DNA of 64,000 nucleotides from an alpha proteobacterium SCGC AAA015-N04 (GCA_000383115.1 KB910566.1:8545-72544); one strand, 5' to 3'. Counted from the first letter of the stretch, positions 43,030 through 51,936 are shown. Notes: generated from the letters alone by a model not told the origin. Made by a program: numbers and translations.

Positions 43030-44734
43030 CAGTCATCTCCATAGATAAGTGTTTGATTTCATCATCGAGTGACTTTAGGTCTTGAGAAATATCTTCTAGA
43101 CTTCTGAGTGGAGTGAACTTGTAGAAATATTTGGTGAAGTTTATCTGATACCCAATTTTATCTTTAGATCGATCCATCCATGCATCAGGGATGTGGGGTT
43201 TGACTTCACGGTTGTAATATTCATCAACATTCTCAGACAATAAAACTCGTTCACTATCGCGTTTTGAAGTGTCTGGTTTGGGGTTTCCTTTTTTGTCGGT
43301 CTTAATATAACCGTCTTCGATCAAGGGTTGCTCAACAACAACCTTGGTGTAACCAAAGAACCTATTTGAGTAGATCTTACAGAATTCATTTTCTTCATTG
43401 TTCTGATATATCTCAAACAATTCTTGGATCTGTTCTTCCGTGATGTATTTACCCTTATCACCAAGATTTTTTCTCATTGAGGTTGAGAAAGAGGTTCCAT
43501 CTATGAGTTGAACATTACCTTTACGATCAGATGATTTTTTGTTGGTTACAATCCAAACATAAGTTGTGATCCCCGTATTGAAGAACATTCTATCTGGAAG
43601 GGATACAATACATTCCAACCAATCATTCTCGATGATCCATTTACGGATTTCGGACTCACCACCACCAGCGTCTCCTGTGAAAAGTGGAGATCCGTTGAAG
43701 ACAATCCCAATACGAGATCCATTTGGGTTCATTTTGTTAATCAGATGTTGAAGGAATAGAAGCGATCCATCGGAGGTTCGGGGAGTTCCCACAAAGAACC
43801 GACCATTAGGATCTTTTGCTTCTTCTTTGACAAACTCTTCTTCAGATTTCCAACTCACTCCAAATGGTGGGTTGGTAATCATGTAATCAAATTTACGCCC
43901 TTGAAGACGGTCATCTGAAATTGATGAACATGGACCATGAATGTTCTCAGGGTTTTCATCCATCATCAATAAATCTGACTTACAGATTGAATAGGTCACA
44001 TCATTGAGTTCTTGACCGTAAAGATCAATTTTCAGGTTTGGATTAATATTTTCGTGAACCCACTCTTTACCAATGGTTAACATCCCCCCTGTTCCACAAC
44101 AGGGATCAAAGACTGAACGGATTTTACCTTCACCCAATAGGTTTTGTTTATCCCCTCCAAATATGAAGGATACCAACAATTTCACAACATCACGAGGAGT
44201 AAAGTGATCTCCACTTTCCTCATTGGACATCTCAGAGAACTTACGAAGAAGTTCTTCATAGACTGAACCCATCTGATGGTTGTCAATTTTGTCTGGATGA
44301 AGGTCGAACTCAGTAAATTTATCGATCAGAAGATATAGACGTTTTTGTTTGTGAAGTTTTTCAACCAATGGATTAATGGAAAAATTCTCAATGATATCCA
44401 GAACGTTGTTTGAATAACCTTGGACGTAATTGGTGAAATTCATCAATACGTTGTTTGGGTCACTCTTAATCCGTGACAAGTCAAACCTTGAGGTGTTGAA
44501 GAAGGGTAGACCAACCTGACGAAGAATTACTGGTGATGGATCCTCAAGTTGGTCTTTGTATTTGGTGAAAAGTTCGTAAACTTCTTCTTTCTTAGATTCC
44601 AGAACACAATCCAGACGTCTCATCACGACAAAAGGAAGAATAACCCGACCATATTCAGACGGTTTGAAAAGACCTCTTAAAACATCATCAGCGGATGACC
44701 AGATAAGGGATGATAGGTTGGTCGTGTTATTCAT
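43022..44734 (-). CDS. hsdM: Type I R-M methyltransferase
   Basis: HFTPR, FDPCCGTGG and NPPF motifs. Confidence 0.95.
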   Translation of the reverse strand: MNNTTNLSSLIWSSADDVLRGLFKPSEYGRVILPFVVMRRLDCVLESKKEEVYELFTKYKDQLEDPSPVILRQVGLPFFNTSRFDLSRIKSDPNNVLMNFTNYVQGYSNNVLDIIENFSINPLVEKLHKQKRLYLLIDKFTEFDLHPDKIDNHQMGSVYEELLRKFSEMSNEESGDHFTPRDVVKLLVSFIFGGDKQNLLGEGKIRSVFDPCCGTGGMLTIGKEWVHENINPNLKIDLYGQELNDVTYSICKSDLLMMDENPENIHGPCSSISDDRLQGRKFDYMITNPPFGVSWKSEEEFVKEEAKDPNGRFFVGTPRTSDGSLLFLQHLINKMNPNGSRIGIVFNGSPLFTGDAGGGESEIRKWIIENDWLECIVSLPDRMFFNTGITTYVWIVTNKKSSDRKGNVQLIDGTSFSTSMRKNLGDKGKYITEEQIQELFEIYQNNEENEFCKIYSNRFFGYTKVVVEQPLIEDGYIKTDKKGNPKPDTSKRDSERVLLSENVDEYYNREVKPHIPDAWMDRSKDKIGYQINFTKYFYKFTPLRSLEDISQDLKSLDDEIKHLSMEMTGE

Positions 44735-44819
44735 ATTAAAAGCATACTAACCTAATTAAATTTAATAAAAAAGTATCCTTTAAAATATTACAAGATTATT
44801 CATTTAATAAAAAGTTAAG

Positions 44820-45096
44820 TTTTATAGTTTAAAAATACTAAATTTAAATTTAAATTTTTCAAAAACATCCTGAGATATTTTAGTAAACGAAGTGGAACAT
44901 TAATAAGAATTGTTAATAATTGTGTAAAATAGTACTATTTTAGTCAGGTAAATGGGTTTAGTTTTAGAGGTTTTTTGGGCAATTAACTAGGGTTACTGTA
45001 AACATTGAAGTATGTGGAAAGTCTATAAGAAGTTTTTTATTATGATTGGAGTAAGTATTATTTCCTTTTTAATTCTTTACTCGTTATAGTTTAAAG
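44820..45096 (+). repeat. Non-coding leader repeat copy D (5' end and att core missing)
   Basis: Shares CTGAGATATTTTAGT and GTAAATGGGTTTAGTTTTAGAG blocks; ends at ATG 45097. Confidence 0.8.
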
Positions 45097-45543
45097 ATGA
45101 AAAACATAATAATAATGTCCTTACTTATTGTTTTTATTCCATTTCATTCTTTTGGAAATGAAATTATAGGAAAATCAATTAAATGTGAGTTAAAAAAATC
45201 CAAAACGGATATGAATCCCTTTTCTATTGAAAAAATTCTTCCTCCTTATTACTTCTACTTTGAAAATTCAAAAACATTGATTTATTATTATCCACAACGT
45301 ATTAAAGGTGTATTAAAAATATTAAGTATGAGATTAAATTTTGACGAAAAGAAATCTCAAATTGACATATGGTCCATATGGAATAAAGACAAAAGATATG
45401 TAGGTTCTATTAATAAAGATTATTTCATTTTTATTACTCGTAAATATAAAATTAATAAAAGAAAGTATTACTGTAGTTATTTATCGTCACCAAAAAAAAT
45501 AATTGAAGATTTTAAGAAGTTTATTAAAAAAATAGATCCCTAA
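45097..45543 (+). CDS. Putative secreted hypothetical protein
   Basis: Signal peptide followed by GKSIKCE; resembles 47184-47687. Confidence 0.65.
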   Translation: MKNIIIMSLLIVFIPFHSFGNEIIGKSIKCELKKSKTDMNPFSIEKILPPYYFYFENSKTLIYYYPQRIKGVLKILSMRLNFDEKKSQIDIWSIWNKDKRYVGSINKDYFIFITRKYKINKRKYYCSYLSSPKKIIEDFKKFIKKIDP

Positions 45544-45547
45544 AATT

Positions 45548-45643
45548 ATGAGTAGAGAACTAAAATTATTTTATAAAGTAATCAGTATTGAGACACTATT
45601 CTGGGTTTTACTAATGTTAAGTATTAGTTATTTTGTTAAGTGA
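45548..45643 (+). CDS. Micro-peptide MSRELKLFYKVISIETLFWVLLMLSISYFVK
   Basis: Manual translation; homologous to 37047-37127. Confidence 0.6.
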   Translation: MSRELKLFYKVISIETLFWVLLMLSISYFVK

Positions 45644-45666
45644 TTATATAGCAATTATGAATCTAT

Positions 45667-45684
45667 TCTGTTATCGTCGAATAA
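45667..45684 (+). repeat. att core copy 9 (degenerate)
   Basis: TCT GTT ATC GTC GAA TAA preceded by GAATCTAT as in copy 2. Confidence 0.75.
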
Positions 45685-45841
45685 CTCATTGATGTTATTG
45701 AATAAATTTATAATAAAAAACGACAAGACACAATATTTTGTGAGTATATGAGTTTGATAAGATATTATCTACTCACTTCACTCCACCCAAAACTGACAGA
45801 AATTGATTTGAACTTCTTTGACAACTTATTAGAATGAAGTT

Positions 45842-46051
45842 ATGAGATTAAATTATTGTTCAAGATGTAATCGTCCTTCAAAAAAAATATTTAACTGTAA
45901 ATATGAAGAGCACGAAGAAGATTGGTTTTTACTTTGTCCTAGATGTGCATTTGAGTGCAGAAATATCTATAAAAAAGCATTTAAAAATAAATCTGGACAA
46001 TTTGTTTCAATAGGATTGGTCAAATCAAGAAAAGAAAGAAGTTTAATTTAA
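45842..46051 (+). CDS. Small Cys-rich putative zinc-binding protein
   Basis: CSRC and CPRC motifs. Confidence 0.55.
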   Translation: MRLNYCSRCNRPSKKIFNCKYEEHEEDWFLLCPRCAFECRNIYKKAFKNKSGQFVSIGLVKSRKERSLI

Positions 46052-46229
46052 AAGATTTACCAAACTTTTATCGACTACCTCCAAACTAAACTCAGACCAT
46101 TCTTCTGGATACTTTCTTTTTAACTATCCTTCTTGAAATTTCTTTTTTAACTCTTGAATTATTTCCAAAAGATCAAAATCTACTGCAACATTGGATCTGT
46201 TTTTAGGAACCACCCCCTTGCCAAAACAA

Positions 46230-46247
46230 TTAGTCACCGTGGATTAG
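46230..46247 (+). repeat. att core copy 10 (degenerate)
   Basis: TTA GTC ACC GTG GAT TAG, with flanks homologous to those of copy 5. Confidence 0.8.
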
Positions 46248-46603
46248 ATTTCTTTTCCAGTTTAAATATAATTCTGTAAACTCAATGAGATTTAAGAATG
46301 TTTTTAAATTAGAAAATCGTTTAAAACTAAATTTTAAACTTCAGTTTTCAGTTTCAATTTAATTTTTTGAAAAACTTACTTATATTTTAATATACGTAGT
46401 ATATTACTAATAATAAATGTTACTAATTTTTTAAAAAGGATGAATTTAGTTAAGTAAATGTGTTCAGTTTTTGATAGTTTTTGGAAAATTAATTAAGGTT
46501 ACTATAAACATTGAAGTATGTGGGAAGTTTATAAGAAATTTATAATGATGGTTCGGGTAAGTATAATTTACGTTTTTTATTCTTTATTCGTTACAATTAA
46601 AAA
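46248..46603 (+). repeat. Non-coding leader repeat copy E
   Basis: Full-length diverged copy ending at ATG 46604, which is followed by an early stop. Confidence 0.8.
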
Positions 46604-46748
46604 ATGAAAAAAATAAATGAAATCATTTCCTAATAATCATTAAATTTACTAGAATATAAAAAAATAAATATGTGCTCACGATTAAGTCATGAGTAATATA
46701 TTTCATAGCTAATTATCCAAATAAGAAATATTAACAAAGTGATTTAAA

Positions 46749-47003
46749 ATGAGTACAGGTATAATTTTAGGTTTAGGTTTAATTACAATTGTAATTTCAT
46801 TTTACATAGTCTTAAATATTCCTTTATGGTTATTAATGTGGGAAAAAAGAAAACGTGAGAATTTAATTAAAGAAAAAAAGTATCATCAATGGGCATATTC
46901 ATCTGATGATATTATGAATAAGATATTAAAATTTTGTATTTATTGTTTATATATTTATGGAGCATTTGTTTTTTTGACAGAAGTTTACTTAAGATTTTCT
47001 TAA
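46749..47003 (+). CDS. Small two-TM hypothetical protein
   Basis: 84 aa with two hydrophobic segments. Confidence 0.55.
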   Translation: MSTGIILGLGLITIVISFYIVLNIPLWLLMWEKRKRENLIKEKKYHQWAYSSDDIMNKILKFCIYCLYIYGAFVFLTEVYLRFS

Positions 47004-47183
47004 TATCTAAAGTGCAACAGGTAATTTTAATTTTTAAAATATAATTTTTAAAATTGAAAAACCTGAATATAGTGCATATTTTCAAACTTAAGTTAATTGA
47101 ATACATGAATTATAAAAATACAAAAAATAACCAATGATGTAAAATAGTGACATTATAAAAAGTATTTTAAAAAATAGGATTAT

Positions 47184-47687
47184 ATGAAAATTTTTTACTC
47201 AACAATTATTATTATGTTATTTTTATCTCCTTCATCTTTTGCTAATGTTAATGGCAAAGGTATTGTATGTGAGTGTATAGACTGTAAATTATATCACATT
47301 GATCCTTCTTCACACATTAATAATAAAAAACCTACAGAAATTGGATATCATTTTAAGAATAATAAAATTACACCATATTTTTTAAGTAAAATTGGAGATA
47401 AAATTAAAGTAAGTGAAAATATTGATATAACACTTCGTAAGAAAAAAAAGTTTTTTTTCGATTCAGATGAAATTAGTTGGACGTATAAAGATAGTTTAAA
47501 TATTTATTCATACTCTTTAGATAGAAAAACATTAGTGTTAAAGAAAATGAATATAACTAAAACAGAAATATACAATATTAGAAAGTGTGAGGCATTTTTA
47601 GAAAATAAATTTTTTGAAAATATGAATAAATTATCAATAAAATACCAAAACGATTTTAATGATAAACCTGGAAAAAACAAAATCTAA
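47184..47687 (+). CDS. Putative secreted hypothetical protein
   Basis: Signal peptide ...SFA followed by GKGIVCEC; AGGA RBS. Confidence 0.7.
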   Translation: MKIFYSTIIIMLFLSPSSFANVNGKGIVCECIDCKLYHIDPSSHINNKKPTEIGYHFKNNKITPYFLSKIGDKIKVSENIDITLRKKKKFFFDSDEISWTYKDSLNIYSYSLDRKTLVLKKMNITKTEIYNIRKCEAFLENKFFENMNKLSIKYQNDFNDKPGKNKI

Positions 47688-47974
47688 TTACAAATGTACA
47701 CTATACTTAGTCTTATTTTAATTATACAATAATAAATAATGCGAAATATTAATTGTTAAAAATGTAGGGTTGAATTTATATGTGAATAAAGACGTACAAA
47801 AGGGTTGGTGTTACTAGGTTCTTACACAAAATTAAAAAAAATTTTAAGAAATGTATTTGAGAAACCTTATAAATAATAAAAATAATTTTAATCATCAAAA
47901 TTTGATCTTTAAAAAATCAAGCAACTTAATCTTACTAACTATTGTCATTAACATATTTATATATTTAAAATTGA

Positions 47975-48820
47975 ATGTTTAATCCAAATATCATTATAAA
48001 AACAGCTTCAGAATTAAACTTACTTGTTGATAAGAATAGCCCTCTATTCAAAATATTAGCAAAAATAAAAAATAATGAAGCTAAAGATGACAAAAATAAA
48101 TTAGTTATTAGTGAGAGTGATACACAATTACTAAAAACAACACAACAAGAGCTGAATGAATTAAAAAAAATTAAGCTTAAATTAAAAATCTTAAATTCAG
48201 GCTTAAATATTTCAAACATGGAGGATGTTTATGCTCTAAAAAAATTAAAAATAGACGACATAATTGATATTGATCCTCAAACTACAAATAAAATTCATGA
48301 TGTTATGGATGTTATACATATGAAAGAAAATAACTTTAAAATTTTAAAAGCAAAGGATGATGACACTTTATTAAAAGATTATAATTTAATGCCTAAAACT
48401 AATTTAATTCTTTTTATAATGTTTTTGATTATGATTGGGTCTGTACTGGTTATATATCTAAGTTATTCTTATCTGTTTTTATTTAAAAAATTTTCTTTTT
48501 TAAATGAAAATACATCATTTTGGTGTTTACTATTAGGTTTTTTAACTTTTATTACTTCTTTAAATTTTTTCATAAAAAATGTATTTATTAAATTAAACCA
48601 AATTAAAAATATAGACAAGATCAAGAATGATTTAGTAAAATATTTTTTAAAAAAAAGACAAAAAGCTCACAATAAAATAATTAAAAAGCTTAAAATTAAA
48701 CAATTTCAAATTGAAAAAAAATCCTTAAGATTAGCTTCAAGAGAAAAAATCAAACAAGTTTTAATTGAAGAAAAAAATTTATTAAAAAAATTAGAAACTA
48801 ATTTTAATCAAAACTATTAA
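47975..48820 (+). CDS. Hypothetical membrane protein with coiled coils
   Basis: 281 aa with two TM segments. Confidence 0.6.
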   Translation: MFNPNIIIKTASELNLLVDKNSPLFKILAKIKNNEAKDDKNKLVISESDTQLLKTTQQELNELKKIKLKLKILNSGLNISNMEDVYALKKLKIDDIIDIDPQTTNKIHDVMDVIHMKENNFKILKAKDDDTLLKDYNLMPKTNLILFIMFLIMIGSVLVIYLSYSYLFLFKKFSFLNENTSFWCLLLGFLTFITSLNFFIKNVFIKLNQIKNIDKIKNDLVKYFLKKRQKAHNKIIKKLKIKQFQIEKKSLRLASREKIKQVLIEEKNLLKKLETNFNQNY

Positions 48821-48862
48821 TCTAACTAAGTTTTTTATAAAAAATTTGAATTAATTTAGTTT

Positions 48863-49993
48863 TTACAATAATTTCATCATTTTCAGGATGTTAGGGATGT
48901 TTTTTTTAAAATTGAAAAAGCCTTTTTTGGCATATGGAAATGAAGTTTTATCCCAATCTCTAAGATAAAATAAATATTTTATTTTTTTTTCTTTAATTTT
49001 TTCTATAAAATTTTTATTTTCAAATAATTTATTGCCAGTAGTCTCATACGGTATAATTAAATTTTTTATTTTATTTTCATCTATCCATTTAAAAATATCT
49101 TCAAAAGTTTGTATTATTTTAATATTGTCATTTTCTTTTATGATATCATTATAAATGCCATCTTCAAAAATATTGACTAGATTATTTCTACTTTTTTTAT
49201 TAAATAAACAACATTCAAAATCGAGTTTTAACTTATTAAATATATTGTTTAATGCAAGATCATTATTATTAATAATTACTCCCAAACTATCATCTAGATT
49301 AATTTCTTGGCTTTTTTTTAAATTAAAATCTAAAGCAATTTTATTTTTATCAATTTTTTCAGAGAACATAATTTTTTCATTGAGTTGATTTTTCGGAAAA
49401 AATCTGCCTTTAGTAAATGATTTAATATTTTCAGCTTTTGCAACATATGGTTTTCCAAAAGTTTGAAGTCCTGCCACCCACCTCCAACCTAATGTGTTGG
49501 AGGCTGGACACCAATCAATTAAGTGATTTTTAAAAAAATTAGCACCAGACTCCCAACTGTGACCCAGCGTAAATATCCATATGCTTGCAAACCACATCCT
49601 AGCATGATTATGAAGATAACCAGTTTCAATTATTTCATCTTTCCAGTGGTCAAAACATTTTATACCAGTCTTAGTGGGTATAAAATTTGTATCTTCAATA
49701 AGTTCATAATCTTTATAAATCCAAGGATGTGTTTCAAGCCAACCCCTCCAATAAGCTCTCCAAAAAATTTCTTCAACAAATTTTTCAATATTTTCATATT
49801 TGTGATTTTTAAAAATTTTTTTCAATATTTCAGTTTCCGTTACAAATTTTCTTCGAATATATGGTGATAGTTTTGAAACATTTTCATGAGGTACGCCAAC
49901 ATCAAAATTTCTTTTAAGTTCGTAGTCAACAAGCTTTTCTTCGGAAAATTTTTCTACATTCTTTAAGAGTTCAGATTTAGTTAAAGGAAACAC
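48863..49993 (-). CDS. Photolyase/cryptochrome FAD-binding-domain protein
   Basis: SKLSPYI, E.FWRAYW, GYLHNHARMWFAS and D..ASN..GW.W.AG motifs. Confidence 0.85.
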   Translation of the reverse strand: MFPLTKSELLKNVEKFSEEKLVDYELKRNFDVGVPHENVSKLSPYIRRKFVTETEILKKIFKNHKYENIEKFVEEIFWRAYWRGWLETHPWIYKDYELIEDTNFIPTKTGIKCFDHWKDEIIETGYLHNHARMWFASIWIFTLGHSWESGANFFKNHLIDWCPASNTLGWRWVAGLQTFGKPYVAKAENIKSFTKGRFFPKNQLNEKIMFSEKIDKNKIALDFNLKKSQEINLDDSLGVIINNNDLALNNIFNKLKLDFECCLFNKKSRNNLVNIFEDGIYNDIIKENDNIKIIQTFEDIFKWIDENKIKNLIIPYETTGNKLFENKNFIEKIKEKKIKYLFYLRDWDKTSFPYAKKGFFNFKKNIPNILKMMKLL

Positions 49994-50482
49994 TTATGAA
50001 ATCTCCTTAATTAAAAAAAAAGCTATTATCAATATAGTAAAAACAGTTGTAGTAAGGATTCTCCTGAGTAAAATATACCACTTAGGAAAAAATATATAAT
50101 CTTTGAAAAATTCATCTGCAATTTGAACAACTATAAAACCAAAAGATAAAATGATATAACTATAATTTTCTTCTATCCCAAGAACTATAAAGCCATATAA
50201 AACTGGTAATATAGACCAAACAATAAATAAACACTTTATTGTGTTAGAAAAATTATTTTTTATTGAAGGATTAATTGCTATACCCCAATAATTAGCTCCT
50301 AAAAAAACTAAAATTATTACTCCATAGTTTTTTATTATATTTGTTAAAAAAAATGAATTATAATAATTTAGCCATAAATTTACTAAACCAATAAAAAATG
50401 GTATTAGACCTAATAAACTGAATAGTACAATTAATTTTTCGTAATTTTGAAAATTAAAATTTTTCAGGATAACCTTATACAA
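49994..50482 (-). CDS. DUF3429-like membrane protein
   Basis: GLIPF, YG.II..FLGA..WG and P.WY..LR..LT motifs. Confidence 0.75.
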   Translation of the reverse strand: MYKVILKNFNFQNYEKLIVLFSLLGLIPFFIGLVNLWLNYYNSFFLTNIIKNYGVIILVFLGANYWGIAINPSIKNNFSNTIKCLFIVWSILPVLYGFIVLGIEENYSYIILSFGFIVVQIADEFFKDYIFFPKWYILLRRILTTTVFTILIIAFFLIKEIS

Positions 50483-50574
50483 AACACTTTCCTTTAAATT
50501 TATGAATAATTTTAAAATGAAATATTAACAATTTTTTGATTTACCATTTAATTTATTTATGTGTAATTTATGTT

Positions 50575-51210
50575 ATGATTGTTTGTAAAGTCTGTAAAAG
50601 TAAAAAAATAAAACTATTTGTTAAAATCAAAAATTTAATTTATTGGAGATGTCTTTTATGTAAAGCTGTAATTTTAGATAATCAACATTATATATCTGAA
50701 AGTAAGGAAAAAAAACATTACCTGAAACATAACAATAATATGAAAGACCAAAATTATAGAAAATTTCTTTCAAAAATTTTAATTCCTCTTAAGAGCAAAA
50801 TATCTGTTAATGATTTTGGATTAGATTATGGTTGTGGATATTCTCCTACATTAGTTGACATTCTAAGAAAAGATGGTTTTACAGTTGATTTTTATGACCC
50901 ATTTTTCTTTCCTAATAAACAGATTTTTTTGAAAAAATATAAATTTATAACTTGTAGTGAGGTTGTGGAGCACTTTATTGACCCATACAAAGAGTTCAAA
51001 AAAATTAATAACTTATTAGATAATTCAGCATGGTTTGCTGTTATGACTAGTTTTTTTAATGATGATATTATTTTTGAAAATTGGTATTATAGAAAAGATC
51101 CAACACATATTGTCTTTTATAATAAAAAAACTTTCCAAATTATTTCACAACAAAACAATTGGCTTTACGAATTTCCAACAGAAAATATTGTTTTATTTAA
51201 AAAAAAATAA
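50575..51210 (+). CDS. Class I SAM methyltransferase with N-terminal Zn ribbon
   Basis: CxxC...CxxC, LDYGCG, EVVEHF and W.YR.DPTH; start uncertain. Confidence 0.85.
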   Translation: MIVCKVCKSKKIKLFVKIKNLIYWRCLLCKAVILDNQHYISESKEKKHYLKHNNNMKDQNYRKFLSKILIPLKSKISVNDFGLDYGCGYSPTLVDILRKDGFTVDFYDPFFFPNKQIFLKKYKFITCSEVVEHFIDPYKEFKKINNLLDNSAWFAVMTSFFNDDIIFENWYYRKDPTHIVFYNKKTFQIISQQNNWLYEFPTENIVLFKKK

Positions 51211-51363
51211 TATTTTGGAAAATGAAATTTGCTTAGTGATTAAGATTTATATTCATTAATAAGGTTTTATATAATGTGGTCTAAAAATAAAACAATATAA
51301 TATAGACTTTGTATAAACCTACTTTTTAAAAAATTATAATCTGAATAAACTATTTTAACAAAG

Positions 51364-51936
51364 ATGACTAAAGAAATAAAAAAAAATGACACATTATTTG
51401 ACGGTAATGACGTATTATTCAAATATTACCTTAAGAAATGTAAAGTTTATTTTGAGTATGGGATAGGCAAATCAACATTATGGGTATTAAAAAATACTAA
51501 AGCAAATATAATCAGTATTGATACCGATAAAAAATGGATTGATACAATACCAACTAATAACTACGAAACACGTTTGAAACTTATTTGGGTAAATTTAGGA
51601 GAATTGACAGATTGGGGGCGACCTAACTCGTATAAATATAAGACCAAATTTGGAGATTATATAAATGGTGTTTGGAATTATAAAAAAAAAGCAGATGTTA
51701 CGCTTATTGATGGTAGATTTAGAGTTGCTTGTTTTTTATCTAGTCTGCTTAATTCAAAAATAAATGCCATAATTATATTTGATGATTATTTAAATAGGCC
51801 TTGGTACCACGTCGTTGAAGAGATAGTACCAATCTATAAACAATATGGTCGTCAAGGTATCTTTAAGGTGCCAAAACATTTCGATAAGGAGTTAACAAAA
51901 GAACTTTTAAATAAATTTTTATATGTTTTTGATTAA
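51364..51936 (+). CDS. Methyltransferase-fold hypothetical protein
   Basis: FEYGIGKST, LIDGRFR and FDDY motifs. Confidence 0.7.
   Translation: MTKEIKKNDTLFDGNDVLFKYYLKKCKVYFEYGIGKSTLWVLKNTKANIISIDTDKKWIDTIPTNNYETRLKLIWVNLGELTDWGRPNSYKYKTKFGDYINGVWNYKKKADVTLIDGRFRVACFLSSLLNSKINAIIIFDDYLNRPWYHVVEEIVPIYKQYGRQGIFKVPKHFDKELTKELLNKFLYVFD

Larger units (their letters stand above)
29879..46603. mobile_element. Tandem cassette array / genomic island integrated at the glmS 3' end (accessory genes may extend to ~48860)
   Basis: Ten direct copies of the glmS terminal 18 bp, segment-specific terminal inverted repeats and accessory cargo. Confidence 0.9.

Noticed and set aside
45728-45742. NrdR-box-like ACACAATATTTTGTG upstream of the small Zn-binding ORF
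   Set aside because: It is a single copy in very AT-rich DNA with no nucleotide-metabolism gene nearby, so it may be a chance match.
29879-46247. CRISPR array
   Set aside because: Repeats are 18 bp, degenerate and separated by 0.56-6.9 kb of genes; there are no cas genes.
29879-46247. Classical integron attC array
   Set aside because: There is no intI, the junctions are not self-contained RYYYAAC...GTTRRRY hairpins, and the IRs pair across each cassette rather than within a junction.
29896-46603. Tn7-like transposon at attTn7
   Set aside because: No tnsABCD/tniQ genes or arrays of TnsB-type end repeats are seen, and Tn7 does not duplicate glmS coding sequence.
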